Position numbers and translations under genes: made by a program
Part shown: positions 1 to 16,833 of the stretch, in pieces
How positions within the stretch are numbered: position 1 is the stretch's first letter
Layout: each line of letters begins with the position of its first letter
Origin: Octopus vulgaris
Lineage: Eukaryota
DNA length: 64,000 nt
NCBI GenBank assembly: GCA_951406725.2
Contig: OX597836.1
Location: 3,472,001 to 3,536,000, forward strand
Reading direction: 5' to 3'
Notes under the pieces: model-generated
Database searches by the model: none
What the model saw: only the letters and a program-made list of their open reading frames with translations
What the model was told of the DNA's origin: nothing

Positions 1-1975
<1,975 letters not shown>

Positions 1976-1994
1976 AAAAAACTATAATCATAAT

Positions 1995-3545
1995 CGTTTC
2001 TTATTTTTTCACAAGAGCGAGTAGGGTACGATTGGAAACTTTATTTGCGGAAGTGATTTTTTGTTATTTTATTTTACATGAGTGTAAAAGAAAAAAAAAA
2101 CAATAACATAAGCGATGTTATATGTATTGGAAAAGGGAAACCGTCACAGAATGAGAATTAGGGCACCGTGCAACAATTTTTGGGAATACCCTTCATTACT
2201 AAATCAAGTGGCTTTAATCTTTTCTGAAATTTAAGACACAAATTTACATTACTAACACTCCGTCGCATTTAGGAAACTTTAGTTGACAGCAATTGTGTTT
2301 TGACCGCAAAAGTATTTGAATTTACATTTTTCTCTTTAAATAGTATTCCCCACAGTAATTGCTAAACTATGATTATTTCTATTATTTCTCGACCCGTCAT
2401 TAGTGCGGCGAATTGTTTGAAACAAATAATATCAAGATCAGTCATACCTGTACAAACTTCAGCAAAGGATACTTGTATAAAATCATAATGGTTGGGTGTA
2501 TATACATGAAGTCCACGATCATGTCTCTTAAATTAAACCTTTAAATAAACCTATTGCCATCGAAGTAAAATTTCAAACACTTAATGTTGAAATATAGAAA
2601 TATAGAACTGTAAAAGGAGAGACACTTTCGAATATCGTTATCTAAACCATAAATCCACGAGGATGAATGCGCAAAAACCATTAATCCACGTTGGTGAATG
2701 TCTTTTCCAAAATGATATTTGAGAGAGAGAAGTGTTCCGAATTTGATAAAAAACTGGTCAAACGACAAAGAAAGTATATCATGTATATTTGTAAGAAAGC
2801 ACTGCTAGCTATGTATAGCTGAAAAATTTCATATATTAGCAAAGCTAAGGCGTTGTTTTATACTGAAAGATAGAGTTAACGTCAAATTGCTGTCGTAACA
2901 ATTAATTCTGTCTGGCAATATCAAGTAGAGAAATTAAATTAAGTTGATCGACATGGTATTATAGTGAAATAGCCATCAGTTTTAACGATACCCTGTATGG
3001 CTGGGTACCGTCGAGAAAGACGTTAGTATTGGTAATGTTGCTTTGTTGATGTACTGCCAAGTTATTGAATGTCTATCAATCTTGTATATGTGCATTATAT
3101 ATCTTATTCAGTTATTAATCTACAGATTTTCCTGTTGAATTTAGAGCCAGCACTGAAAGTTACGACGTTTCGTGTACGAACACGCCTATGTAAACAATAC
3201 AATCGAAGATAGAATGAATATGCAATGGGTGTATATACATATTTCAGGAATAATTTCTCCCTCGTCAGTAACACATCCAAGCAATTAACCATCCACGACT
3301 ACATTACTTAAATAGCCACTAAGTTTAGCAGTCTCCGGACTAGCAATTAATATGTATGTACCAGTTGCCAGGTTTGCGTTTAGTATGTAAAATTGATAAA
3401 TCCAGTTGGGTTACACGACTAAAGCGATTTAAGCAATATGTTCGTGAATAGTTGATGAGTTGAATGTGGTTTTGAAGAAAGAGCATTACACCCGTTGTCT
3501 AATTTGCTGTATTCGATTGCATTGATTATGTAGTCTTATACGCAA
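1995..3545 (+). pseudogene. Highly decayed Helitron-type PIF1-like helicase remnant
   Basis: Manual translation across frameshifts gives motif-like fragments in the correct order: GT.GKTLF (~2025, P-loop), GTVQQFLGIP (~2162, cf. GRTAHS.F.IP), VIPVQTSAKDTCIKS*W (~2440-2490, cf. LPVIP...ACIKSS.LW), YICKKALLA (~2785, cf. WLCERAILA), FPVEF (~3128, cf. YPVEFLN), PV.RFAFSM..IDKS (~3360-3400, cf. FPVRLAFAMTINKSQG), YVVL (~3527, cf. LYVALSR). Confidence 0.5.
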
Positions 3546-3754
3546 AGGAAACTTCATAACTTTGAGTGCTAGCTCTAAACTCTACTGAATATCTATAGAT
3601 ATACACTCAACAAAAGAAACATAATACGCTAGATTGGTTGATAGTTAGACAGACAGACAGACAGATTATTTTGGAATACAGAAATGAATTTGGATTGACA
3701 ATTGTAGTCACATAAACACGTACTCAATACTGTTTCCTAGAGTGCTACAACATT

Positions 3755-3890
3755 AATTCTTTTCTACTCTAAGCACAAGGCCCGAAATATTTGGGGAGGG
3801 GGTCCAGTCGATTAAATCGAACCCAGTACGCGGCTGGGACTTAATTTATCGACCCCGGAAGGATGAAAGGCTAAGTCGACCCCCGGCGGT
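3755..3890 (-). mobile_element. SINE family B (Meta-domain-like), 3' partial
   Basis: Contains ttaatttatcgaccccggaaggatgaaaggctaagtcgacc, shared with the copies at 23.8, 40.4, 42.3 and 47.0 kb. Confidence 0.85.
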
Positions 3891-4289
3891 GCCACAACAT
3901 TTATTAAGTAACGAACGTGCGTGGGTTGCAGCTCTGAATCGGAATCTGTTTCTCGGGCAACGGAATATTCTTATTAGAAATGGTTTGGGATATTCCTCGT
4001 TTGCAATGCTGTCTCTGGATTATGCTGGCTTGGAGATTATCTGGAAGCGGGGACGGGGATAATGTCTTCGTTGTGAGTGGGTTAGTGGTAAATATAAGGG
4101 AAAGGCGGGGGGTGTAGAGTAAGAAAAGGAATAATAGCGAGAACAGTGGGGGTGGGAGGGAATGAAGAGTTGGAGAAAAGTAAAAGTAAGAGAGCGAGAG
4201 GAGGAGAAAGAGGGGGAGAAGGGGGAGGAACAGAGTGACGGAGAGAAATATAGTCACAGATTTTGCTCAGAGCTGATTAGTAGGAGAGG

Positions 4290-4933
4290 GAAGGGGTGAA
4301 AGAAGGAGGAGTAGGAGGAGAAGAAGGAGAAGCAGAAGAAAGAGGAGGAGGAGGAGGAGAAGAAGAAAGAAAGAAGAAGAAGAAGAAGAAGAAGAAGAAG
4401 AAGAAGAAGAAGAAGAAGAAGAAGAAACAACGACGCAAAGAGGAGCAAAAGAAAAGAAAACAAGAAAACCAGGATAGAAGAGGATAGAGATAGAAAGAAA
4501 GAATAAAAATAAAGAAAGAAAGTGGGAGGTGGGAGATGAAAGGAGGAGGAGGAGGTGGGAGATCAAAACCAGAACATATGAATGACAATGTCTGGCAAAA
4601 GACAAAGAACTCTGGAAGTGGATTGGATTCAATGATGCGTGAAGAATTTGGGTGAACAGCGAAAAAAAAAAGGACAAGAAAATAACATTCGCTTCATATT
4701 GTGACTAATTAATCACAAATTCCACCATTTTTATGCCTCAACGTGCACCATCCATTTTCTCTTACAGTTCTTTATTTTTACCGGTTTTTTTTTTTGTTTT
4801 TGCTTTTTTTTTTTCGTCTAGACAATCAATGTCTTGTTCTTGCTGTTCTTCTTATTCTTGTATTACTTATTTTGTCATCGCTCTTCGTCTTTTTTTGTCT
4901 TTCTTTTCTTGTTTCTCTCTGTCCTATCCCCCA

Positions 4934-4965
<32 letters not shown>

Positions 4966-5220
4966 CTTTTCTTCTTCTTCTTCTTTCCTACGTCTTCTTC
5001 TTCTTCTTCTTCTTCTACGTCTTCATCTACGTCTTCTTCTACGTCTTCTTCTTCTTCTTCTTCTTCTTCTTCTTCTTCTTCGTCTTCTTCTTCTTCTTCT
5101 ACGTCTTCATCTACGTCTCCTTCTTCTTCTTTTTCTTCTTCTTTTTCTTCTTTTTCTTCTTCTTTTTCTTCTTCTTCTTCTTCTTCTTCTTCTTCTTCTC
5201 CTCCTCCTTCTTATTCTTCT
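4290..5220. repeat. (GAA/GGA)n tract followed by (TTA)n and (TTC)n tracts
   Basis: Directly visible trinucleotide arrays with opposite strand polarity. Confidence 0.95.
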
Positions 5221-5780
5221 CAGGTCTATCTTAACTCGTATCTAATTACACTAACTCTTCTTTCGGTTCAGCTTCTTCCTCTCTTCTACTACACCATGTC
5301 TTAAACTTATGCTTCCTCTCCTTTCGTTTACGTTGCTCTCCTGTTTTTTTCTCTTTTTTTTTTTTTGAATCATTTAAGCTACTAATGACCGACAAATCCC
5401 ACACAGATTATACTTAATGCCAAATGATCTAAAGGATAAAACATTTGATCAGAGCTGTACTGGAAACGAATTCTAAGCACGGACAATCAATCGTCCGACA
5501 AACGGAACCGAGAATCTTCGACTAGCAATTCACAAAGTCTCAACATGGATAATGGTCAAGTAAATTGTATACACACATACAAACAGACATGTGTGTGTGT
5601 GTGTGTGTGTGTGCGTGTGCGTGTGTATGAGTGTGTGTGAGTATGTGTGTGTGTGTTTATGCATACGGATATATATAGATACAGATATTACATGGTGCTC
5701 CAGCGTGGTAGCAGTCAAGTGACTGAAACGATTAAAAGAATAAAAGAATATATATAGTCACGTATACTCAAAAGTAAATA

Positions 5781-5898
<118 letters not shown>

Positions 5899-5954
5899 GT
5901 ATACATACATGACTACATATATACATACATGCACACATATAGACACAGACACAT

Positions 5955-6006
<52 letters not shown>

Positions 6007-6046
6007 CACATGCATACATGCATACAAAGATACATACATACATACA

Positions 6047-6078
<32 letters not shown>

Positions 6079-7432
6079 CATCCGAAGCAGAACCAGCATC
6101 GACTGGAAAGGGAGAAAGAAACGCTACGCCATTGTGGAGTACGGATGGACGAACAGGCCGACATTGTTGCACAGACTTGTTCCACGGCCGCCATGACAGA
6201 CGCCTGCAGAAGATGGTTGGAATGATGATGGTGGCCATGTTAGACGTCAGTTAATTTGTCGCAATGATTGATGGGATATAAATAAAGGAAATCAATGGTG
6301 GCGTTAAATTAAAATCGCTTTTTCATCTAACGATACGATGGAAATGATCTAGGTAAGAGGAAATGAAAGCTTAGATTGATGTTACTAAATTCGGACTTGA
6401 CAAGATGGCGAACGTCAACACCGCGTGTGGATACGAGAAGGGGTGGAGTAAGAGGGGATATAAATGTCTGTGTTATAAAGTAATAAATGTATAGGATACA
6501 CTGCGATCGTACACATGACCATAGATGCATACATACATACCTACACATATATAAATACGTACAAATATATACACGCATACATACGTACATACGTACGTAA
6601 ATACATACATACATACATACATACATACATACATACATACATACATACATACATACATACATACATACATACATACATACAGATATAGAGACGGACAGAG
6701 AGACAGACCTACACATAATTCTGTTTGTGTTCATAATAATGGACTGAAATGAGAGATCAAAGAGGATAAAGACGTACACACACTCGTATATACAGCACAC
6801 ACACACATACGCACATATATATATTTGTATATGTATGTAATACATATATATATATATGTATATATGTATAAATACTTTCATATATGTAGATATATATCAT
6901 TGTCTTACCCCACACCACAAGTAATGGTTAGTGCTCCCACTTCCCATAGCTACCCATTACTCTGATAGATCGATAGATAAATATATTGATAGATAGCAAG
7001 AATATGATGCGTGCACACATACGAGCAGGCAGAAACACATACATATTTATATATATATATATATATGTACGTACGTATGTATGTATGTATGCATGTATGT
7101 ATATATATACATATATATATATGTATGTATATACATATACATATACACACACATATATATGATGTGTGTATTTAAACACACTCGTGCGTATGTATATTTC
7201 TGTGTGTGTGTGTGCGTGTGTTAATACTTATTCTTTGTGTCTATATATAGATTTGAGCGGACCTATGATTATATCTCTAAATAGATTGAGGAATAGATTG
7301 TAATGGCCAACATATATGTATGTATATATGTGTGGGTGTGTATGTATGCATGTATGTATGATTATGTGTAAAGATGCATATATATACATATATATACATA
7401 AATTATGACATATATATATAGGCAGACAGGTG

Positions 7433-7471
<39 letters not shown>

Positions 7472-7944
7472 CTTATATACAGAGTGGGAGAAGGAGAGGA
7501 ATAAGGTTAAAGAGAATTGGAGACGGAGAAATAATCACGTGTGATGAGTGGATGACTTAGGTTATTATGGGGAAAAAAAAGAACCAAAATAAAAGACAAA
7601 AAAATGTCTTCCAACATTAAAATTCAATTCTCTGCTGAAAGACTCTCAGACACAGGATGGAATATTGTCGAAGTGTTTAAATATAGATTGATCAAGCTAG
7701 TCTTATACAATACCTCCATCCGACTTAACGTGTCTGTTGGTACTTAGAGGGTCGTTAAACTTTATCCTGCTACGAATTTAAATTTCAGTAACTTTTGTTC
7801 TATGTTTGGTGGAAATGCTTCGTGATAACGACAAGGAAAGGAATGGTTTAATTCCTTTGTCTTTGTGATTGGTTACATACAAATTATTCAAAATATATTT
7901 TGCAGTCGGTTTTCAGTTTACACTCTGAATCCCATAAATTAACC

Positions 7945-8285
7945 TGTTGTTAAATGTAAGCTGGCACTCCGTCGGTTGCGACGACGAAGGTTCCAGTTGA
8001 TCCGACCAAAGGAACAGCCTGCTCGTGGAATTAACGTGCAAGTGGCTGAGCAATCCACAGACGCGTGTGCCCTTAAAGGAGTTCTCAGGGAGATTCAGCG
8101 TGACACAAAGTGTGACAAGGCTGGCCCTTTACAATACAAGTACTACTTATTTTTGCCACTTGAGTGGACTGGAGCAATGAGAAACAGAGTGTCTTGCTCA
8201 AGGGCAAAACGCGTCGCCGGGAATTGAACTCACAACCTTAGGATCGTGAGCCGAGTACGCTAACCAATAAGCCACGCACCTTCAT
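7945..8285 (-). mobile_element. SINE family C, near full length (tRNA-derived head, CORE-like segment)
   Basis: Minus strand begins gaaggtgcgtggcttattggttag (A-box-like) ... gagttcaattccc (B-box-like) ... ccttgagcaagacact; matches the copies at 39965-40304 and 40530-40870. Confidence 0.88.
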
Positions 8286-8998
8286 AGTCTTTAAATACAA
8301 CTGGTACCCCATCGGTTTCGAAAATAAGTGGATCTAATAAACGAAACACACTCGCGTACTCTTCTCGCGAGTCAGGCGCCTTCACAATAGTCTTAAATGC
8401 TCCTGAATTTTATGTATGACTTCGTGGCCAATGTCCACCAACCAAATTGTGTCGTAACAAATGGCAATTTGAGCCATATTTCGTCCCCTAAGAAGAGGGA
8501 ATTTTCAAATCTATTCAGCGTGGAAACAAATATGGCAGACTTCCGGCTCGTTCCAACTCACGCTATTTTTGAAAATCAAAAAGTTTATGAAACCGGTTAA
8601 TTAAATCTAAATAGATTTTCGTAAAGTCACCGAGGGTATTTTCAACATTTTTTTATACTCCTACTCGTGTAAAATGAATATATTTTACTGTTTTTGTTTG
8701 TGTTTGTCTCTATTCGTGGACGTGTTCGTATATGAACGTGTGGGGGATGTACCTCAGTGGTGAGTACTCGACTGGCCTAGTGGTTAAGCAAGTTGATCCG
8801 CGATCATAAGGTCATTGGTTCCTTTCTCACCAGCAGGAACATTGGCTCCTTAGACAAGATACTTAGCTCTTGTGCACCATAATGTTAGCACTGTAGTTAG
8901 CTGTACCAGTAAGTTGTTAACGCTACCGTGCTAACTACGTGGAATGCATTAAGCAATGGACAACTATATCCTATTTTTTGCCCTTTGCCCTTTTTGTC

Positions 8999-9044
<46 letters not shown>

Positions 9045-9083
9045 TTGCTTGTGTGTGCGTGCGTGTTTGTGTGTGTGTGTGTG

Positions 9084-9137
<54 letters not shown>

Positions 9138-9380
9138 CGTGCGTGGGTATATGAGTAGACATAATACATTTAGCCGATTGCTGTGAGTCAGTGGATTAAT
9201 GTAAACAACAGTTTCTTTGTCTCATCTGCTTCTTGTTAGCTCATCACGAGCAAAAAGCAGTTGAATTTAATCACACTTTATCTTTCCACGCAAGAAATTA
9301 TTACATCGGTGGGTTTGCTTTTCAAATTTAACCAGTTCCAAGGCGAACACACACACACTCACACACACACACACAAGTCA

Positions 9381-9457
<77 letters not shown>

Positions 9458-9839
9458 CTAGTGTTTGTGTATGAATGTGTATGCATATATATTTACGTGT
9501 ATATACATACTTCTCCTCCTTCTCCTTTTTTTCTTCTTCTTCTTCTTCTTCTTCTTCTTCTTCTTCATCTCCTTCTCCTCCTTCTTCCTCTTCCTCTTCT
9601 TCTCGTTCATCTCCTCTCCTTCTTCCTCTTCTTCTTGTTCATCTCCTCTCCTTCTTCTTCTTCTTCGTCTACCTCTCTTCCTCTTCCTCCTCCTCCTTCC
9701 TCTTCTTCTTCATCATCTCCTTCTCCTTCTCCTTCATCTTCTTCATCTACTTCTTCTTCTTCCTCGTCTTCTCCTACTCCCTTTCACCCTTCATCCACAG
9801 AAAATCCATTCTTAACCGAAATTCTTTATAAAAACTCTT

Positions 9840-10027
9840 CAGTCAATCGACCCCACATGTCTTTGTCTAACCGATACTTCATTTTATGAAACTTAAGAAG
9901 AGATGAAAGTCAAACTTAGCTTGCTTGTGGGGGGTTTGAACGCAAAACGCAGAGGGCTGCAATTAAATTTAATACCACAAGGCATTAAAGCATTTCAACT
10001 GATGCTCAATCGATTCTTCTAATCCAT
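9840..10027 (-). mobile_element. Degenerate SINE family B copy
   Basis: aatcgacccc...gatgaaagtcaaa...tttgaacgcaaaacg...gattcttctaatcc aligns loosely to family B. Confidence 0.55.
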
Positions 10028-10430
10028 CTCTTCATTGTAATCCAGAATCAAAATCCGGAATGCTGACTGCTTGTCTATATAACAACCGGAAGTACATGGC
10101 CTTGTCGCCGGATGTGAATAATAGATATTGGAGAGAACTCAATAAATCCGGAAACACTTGAAAAACCCGGATATTCTGTGAACGCGGAAAGCAGTGTAAT
10201 GATGGCGTCATTTCATTGGTTACAATTGACAGAGGAACACGAAAGGTTAATACGACAATAACAGCAACAACAACAATAACAATGATAATAATAATTACAG
10301 TAATAATTGTAATAAGATAAAGCAATAGCAAGAAGCGTTAAAATAGCAGCAACCACAACAGCAGCAATAACTGTGACGACAGAGAACAACAGTAAGAGAG
10401 TTTGTAGAGACGGCAGCAGTAACACTCGTC

Positions 10431-10505
<75 letters not shown>

Positions 10506-10562
10506 TCTTGATGTTTTTGTTGTTATTCACTTAACTGATTTAAAATATTAAAAGTAGGAAAT

Positions 10563-11020
10563 TTGGAGGAGGAGGAGGAAGAAGAAAAAGAAGAAGGAGG
10601 AGGGGGAGGGGGAGGAGAAGAAGAAGAAGAATATGATGAAGGGGAGGAGGAGGAGGTGGAGAAGAAGATGAAGATGAAGGAGGAGGAAGAGGAGAAGAAG
10701 AAGAAGAGGAAGAAGAGGAAGATGATGAAGGAGGAGGAGGAGGAGGAGGAGAAGAAGAAGAAGAGGAAGATGGAGGAAAAGGAGGAGGAGGAGAAGGAGA
10801 AGATGATGAAGGAGGAGGAGGAGGAGGAGGAGGAGAAGAAGAAGGAGAAGAAGATGAAGGAGAAGGAGAAGAAGAAGATGAAGTAGGAGGAGGAGGAGGA
10901 GAAGAAGGAGAAGAAGATGAAGGAGGAGGAGGAGGAGAAGAAGAAGAAGGAGAAGAAGATGAAGGAGGAGGAGAAGAAGAAGAAGATGAAGTAGGAGGAG
11001 GAGGCGGCAGAGGAGGAGAA
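10563..11020 (+). repeat. ~450-bp almost pure polypurine (GAG/AAG/ATG) tract
   Basis: Strand-asymmetric trinucleotide mosaic; the E/K-rich ORF is low complexity. Confidence 0.9.
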
Positions 11021-11291
11021 TGACGATGACAAATCTGATGACGAGGATCGCCATCATCATAACAATGATGACGACGACGGCAACGACGATTGTGATGATG
11101 ATAGTGGTGATTGTGGTGGTGGTGGTGGTGGTGGTCGCAGCTGTCGTTGTCCTTCCTCGTCGTGGTGCTGATAGTGATGATGGTGATGATGATGATGACT
11201 ATGCTAAAGAACAACATCAATAACATTCATATTCTCAGTTGTCACCATTGAGCACCAACAGAGCTCCTACGTCATCGTTCGACCAGCTAGA

Positions 11292-11667
<376 letters not shown>

Positions 11668-12707
11668 GTTTGACTTGTACTTTCCATTTGTACACTTACT
11701 CGTTAATTTCATGAGCAGGGTGCTCCGTTGATCGACGGAGGACCACATTAACGTAAAAGACGACTTTTATACTCTATACAAATTCACAGGAAGTGGAAAC
11801 TCGCTACGGGAATGAGCGGTTAGCAGGGGAAAATCTTCGGTCCGTTAGTTCATAGTCTTTGAGGACTGGGCCCACCTAGATCATGACTCTTAGCTGAGCC
11901 CTGTTGCCCATTTTTGAAATGCCACCTTCAGGGTCATAAAATCAACCACACACTGCAAACTGTACACAATCACCACGTGACACACGGAAACACATAACAC
12001 CAAATACACAACCCAAACACACAATACACAAACACTGTCCTACAGTAAAAAAAAAACATAACAGAACTTACACAACTCATACAAACTAAGATCCGCCCTT
12101 CGCACAACATTTCTCTCCTTCGCTTGGCTCATACTTTATACATCAAACGGATGAAACACGAAAGTAAAACAAGCGGCATGAAACACAAACATCGTATACA
12201 AACCAGTTGCGTATAACACAAACGCACTTCTACATCTCTGAAGCAATGATACAGACGACACACGCTTCAGGAAGACGATGATGCTCAGGGCGGTGTAGAA
12301 GAGGATGTAAAATCGTCGTAAACAATGACCTGGCGTGCCAGGACGAGAAATCGATGGCAGTGACTGTTGTAATGATTGATACCATGTGATTAACCTACAT
12401 CCGTCTTGGGAAATTATTTCTTTGGTCTTCGCTGATGACCTGGATTTGGTATTGTTAGTTGATTAATTAGTAGATACTACAGCCTACAACAACAACAACA
12501 ACAGCACAAACGACTGCAATCACGACGAAATACCACAACAACAATAATGAGGAGGAAACGAGGAAAAGAACATCGAGGTTAATAATGGCCGAACTCTTCT
12601 AAAAATGGCGGTCGAAATTTTTGTTTTTTGTTACGCTTTTAAGTCAGCGTCACAAGTATAAACGCATTTCAGTTTTAGGTGAATGTTTACAAATAAGCTT
12701 TTTATAT

Positions 12708-12870
12708 GAGGGTGCATCGATCAGAGTTTAGGCTTTTCGGCTCGCGACCGGGCGTGCGTTCTGTCCTTAAGCAAGACACTTTATTTATCGTTATTCCAAG
12801 TCACTCAGCTTGCAAAAGTGAGATGTACTTGAAATTCAACGGACCATCCTCGTTCCATTCTGTATCATGT
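12708..12870 (+). mobile_element. SINE family C, 5' portion
   Basis: ttcggctcgcgac...tgtccttaagcaagacactttattt...cactcagct is the reverse complement of the family C copies elsewhere in the window. Confidence 0.75.
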
Positions 12871-13225
12871 ATGTGCGCGATATGGTGATCTCATATCAAG
12901 ATAAACAGCGTATGACCTTGCAGGTGAGGACTCAGAATTTTCCTCAGTTCAAGTAGCCCATCCCGCTCAAAACGTCCTTGAATAAGGTTTGTTTGAGGAT
13001 GTTAAAGGAAACACACATGTTTCTAAAGGTGAATTATCCAAACCACAAATAATTCCTTTCAACACATGGCTATGATGCTCTCCCACTACTCCTGCTCATG
13101 ATTAGATATGCACATATCGTTAGCCACCAAGGGACATGCTCAAATGGTTAAGGTCAAACAATTGGCAAGCAAATCTATGATTTTGAGCAGACTGTTTGCT
13201 GTATCCTATCTTTTATACCAACTAT
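12871..13225 (+). mobile_element. Probable interspersed repeat of unknown class fused to the SINE
   Basis: Abrupt switch out of the SINE consensus into a more GC-rich ~350-bp block. It resembles a repeat I recall from octopus DNA, but it is single-copy in this window. Confidence 0.3.
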
Positions 13226-13290
13226 TATGAGGGCATTATTGTTATTATTATTATTACTATTATTTCTTCTTCTTCTTCTTCTTCTTCTTC

Positions 13291-13348
<58 letters not shown>

Positions 13349-13637
13349 GTATATTGTTGTTGTTGAATATTGTTCTTTCAAAGAATACAACGCTAACACA
13401 GACTCAGATGCTATTTTTTTTAAAAAGAGATATTAATTTGTTTACTTCGTGGCCATTGTTCGCTTTGTTCTTGATTTTTTTTCTTGTTTTTCTATTTACT
13501 TTTCATCTTAATAATTCTCTTCGTGTTATTTGCGATCTTTTAACCATTTTTTGTTTTTTTTGTTGTTTAATTTTCGTCTTTAATGTTGTTTTATTATTGC
13601 TATTGTTCTTCGTGTTGTTTATACTGTAATTTTTTTT

Positions 13638-13780
13638 CCTTTTGTTTCAGTCATTGGACTGCGGCCATGCTGGTGCACCCTCTTGGAAGGTTTAAGCCGA
13701 ACAAATCGACCATCAATACATTTTCTTAAAAGTCTGATGCTTGTTCTATCAATCACTATCGGTCTATAGCACTAAGTTAC
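13638..13780 (-). mobile_element. SINE family A, 3' half
   Basis: tgtttcagtcattggactgcggccatgctgg is the reverse complement of the family A tail (cf. 28450-28490 and 26225-26260). Confidence 0.8.
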
Positions 13781-13818
13781 ATATATATATATGTGCGTGT
13801 GTGTGTGTGTACATGCAT

Positions 13819-13959
<141 letters not shown>

Positions 13960-14026
13960 CATATATGTACGACGGGATTCCATCTAAATACTGGCTTTGT
14001 CCAAAAATTCGAAGCCAATATTTCTC

Positions 14027-14255
14027 GAAGGCAATGAAATCTGGTAGAATCGATAGCACGCCAAGTAAAATGCTAAAACGGTATTTCATCTATTTTTACA
14101 TTCTGAGTTTAAATTCCTCCGAGTTCAACTTTGACTTTGATACTTTCAGGGTTGACAGAATGAGTACCAGCTGAATACTAGGGTCGATAATGTTATCTAG
14201 CCACCACCACCCCGCATCAAATTTAAGACCTTTTGCCTTGAGTAGAAGAAATTAT
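14027..14255 (+). mobile_element. Degenerate full-length SINE family B
   Basis: Colinear with 46958-47190 (ggtagaatcgatagcacgcc...gagtttaaattcc...ctttcagggttgac...gagtaccag). Confidence 0.75.
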
Positions 14256-14783
14256 TTAATGATAGATGGAACAGTTCGTTGCGTTTTTTCTTTATTCCAA
14301 CGGGTCAGGCAACAACATAACGGTTGCGATCGTTAATACCATTTATTGAATGTTTTTTCTTGTAATTATTGCCGCTTATGTTGTCTGTATTTCCATCCTT
14401 TGTGCTCCTTGACATCTTCGCGAACTTATTTGCCATAATTTTTTGTAAATATTTACTCTGTGTTTATTTGATGTAGTTTTCCTCCTCAGAAAACTGTGGT
14501 GGTATATCGGAATGGAGAAATATTTATCTGTTCATCAACACAGAAACAATCTGATGAACTTTCATCGTTTACCAATCGGTCAACAAGTGCATCTCAGGAG
14601 AGGAGGGGAAAGTTTTAGATGTGATGGGAGGGCGCCACTACTGCGTACATGATCTGAATTACGTGTGTGTATGAAAATAAATGAGTACACGTGAACAAAT
14701 GTGTGTGATTCTCAATCTGTTCGTCTGTCTACGTCTGTTCAAAACACACTTCATACATATACACATTTATACGCATACACACA

Positions 14784-14877
<94 letters not shown>

Positions 14878-15110
14878 CATATTTATATATGCATACATTT
14901 ACACACGTACACATACATATCTGTACCAATGTATATATCTAGGAGTGAAAAAGGATATATGCACGTATATGATTTAATATACACGTATGTATGCGTAAAT
15001 ATATATAAATATGTGTGTGTGTGTGTTTTGCGTGTCTGTTTCTGTATTTGTGTAAGCCTTAATATGTTTCTCTACATCGTAAATAAAACATATCTACAAA
15101 TCTCTCTGTG

Positions 15111-15214
<104 letters not shown>

Positions 15215-15388
15215 CATATATATATTTATGAATATATATACGTGTGTAAATACACACACATATATATATATCATTATATGTATATATACATATATATACA
15301 TATATTTATAAGTGAATATATATATTGATATACATATATATATAGATATATATATCAATACACACATGTGTGTTTGTATATATATATT

Positions 15389-15419
<31 letters not shown>

Positions 15420-15488
15420 TTAACATTTATATATGCATGTGTATCAGTGTGTATCAATATGCATATATGTGCATGTATATAAACACAA

Positions 15489-15531
<43 letters not shown>

Positions 15532-15567
15532 TTTATGTGTATAAGTTTCAGTACGTGAGAGTGTGAA

Positions 15568-15627
<60 letters not shown>

Positions 15628-15914
15628 GATATATATATACATAGATATATATGTGTATGTATGTATGTGTGTGTGTATAAACATACATACGTATGTACAT
15701 ACAAGTATGTATGTTTGATGTATGTGAGGGATTATTTATTTTATATCAAGGATACAGTGTTTTAAAGTTATGTTATTGATTCGTATTAATTCTGTAGCCT
15801 TCATTTTGTGATTATAATCTTGTTTTCTGTTCTGATTCAACTCTGATAATGTACACAATATTTGGGATTGTACGATATCTATACATATGTATATTCATAT
15901 GTGTGTGTGTGTGT

Positions 15915-15957
<43 letters not shown>

Positions 15958-16387
15958 GACAGACACACAGGTATACCGACACATTCATATGTATGTTCTC
16001 ATGTGTAAGAATATAAAATTGTGTGTGATAGTATATGACCAGGTCTTTTAAGTGTAAATGAGTATGCATATCTTTATGTATGTATATATATTTATATGTG
16101 TGTGTGTATATAAGAGAGAGAGAGAGCGTGTGTAAACGCACAAATACATTCAACGGAAGAAGTATTACCTAAATTCATTGAAAACAAAAGTCCACAAAAC
16201 ATTACTCTGAGTGTCTCGTTGTCGATTTTCGGACGATTAGAGAAAAAAAAACAATTTGGAATTTCGAATGGCTAAACATAAATTTTTTTAGCACCAGCGC
16301 GTAAGCTAAGTGGTAGATTTGGAATAGAAGGAAAGACAATTTTTTTTCTTTTATTGATATGTATTTGTAAATATATATATCTTTGCT

Positions 16388-16833
16388 TAGGTGCAGTTGT
16401 GTGGTTTGTAGTTTGCTTTCCAATCTCATGGTTCTCAGTTCAGTCCCTCTACGTGGCACTTTTGTCGAGTGACTTCTACTATCGCCTCGGACCGACCAAG
16501 GCCTTGTGAGTGGATCTGGAAGATGGAAACTGAAAGAAGCCCATAGTATGTGCGTGTGTGTGCGTGTTTATATCTGTGTTTGTTTGCCCAGTACCATTTG
16601 ACGCGCATTCGCCGTCTATTAAGGGCTTGAGTGGATTACGGTTATGGTACACTTGCCAAATGAAATATGATATGAAAGAAGCCGACCTTGCATTTATAGA
16701 CATATCCGATAACCTGTACCCGGTGAGGAACATAGAAGTGTGGCTATTTGGTAAGGAATTTGCTCCCCAGCCACATAGTTTCGGGTTCAGTCCCACTGCG
16801 TGACACCTTGAGCGAGTGTCTTCTACTATAGCT
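16388..16833 (+). mobile_element. Two SINE family A 5' heads (16388-16590, 16735-16833)
   Basis: ggttcagtccc(a)ct(g)cgtg...cttctacta...ccgaccaaggccttgtgagtggat...gaaactgaaagaagccc matches 28182-28330. Confidence 0.8.

Noticed and set aside
3158-3195. Minus-strand gtgt/acac-GAAACGTC hammerhead half
   Set aside because: The CUGANGA core is missing.
3904-4090. Minus-strand acceptor with CACTAAC branch point and a short terminal ORF
   Set aside because: No recognisable protein; the frame is incompatible with the 17754 ATG exon.
10563-10886. E/K-rich coiled-coil protein ORF
   Set aside because: Purine trinucleotide mosaic with no real start codon and with in-register stops downstream.
16650-16745. 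RT-like LAFIDIS peptide
   Set aside because: Single short motif with no supporting neighbours.
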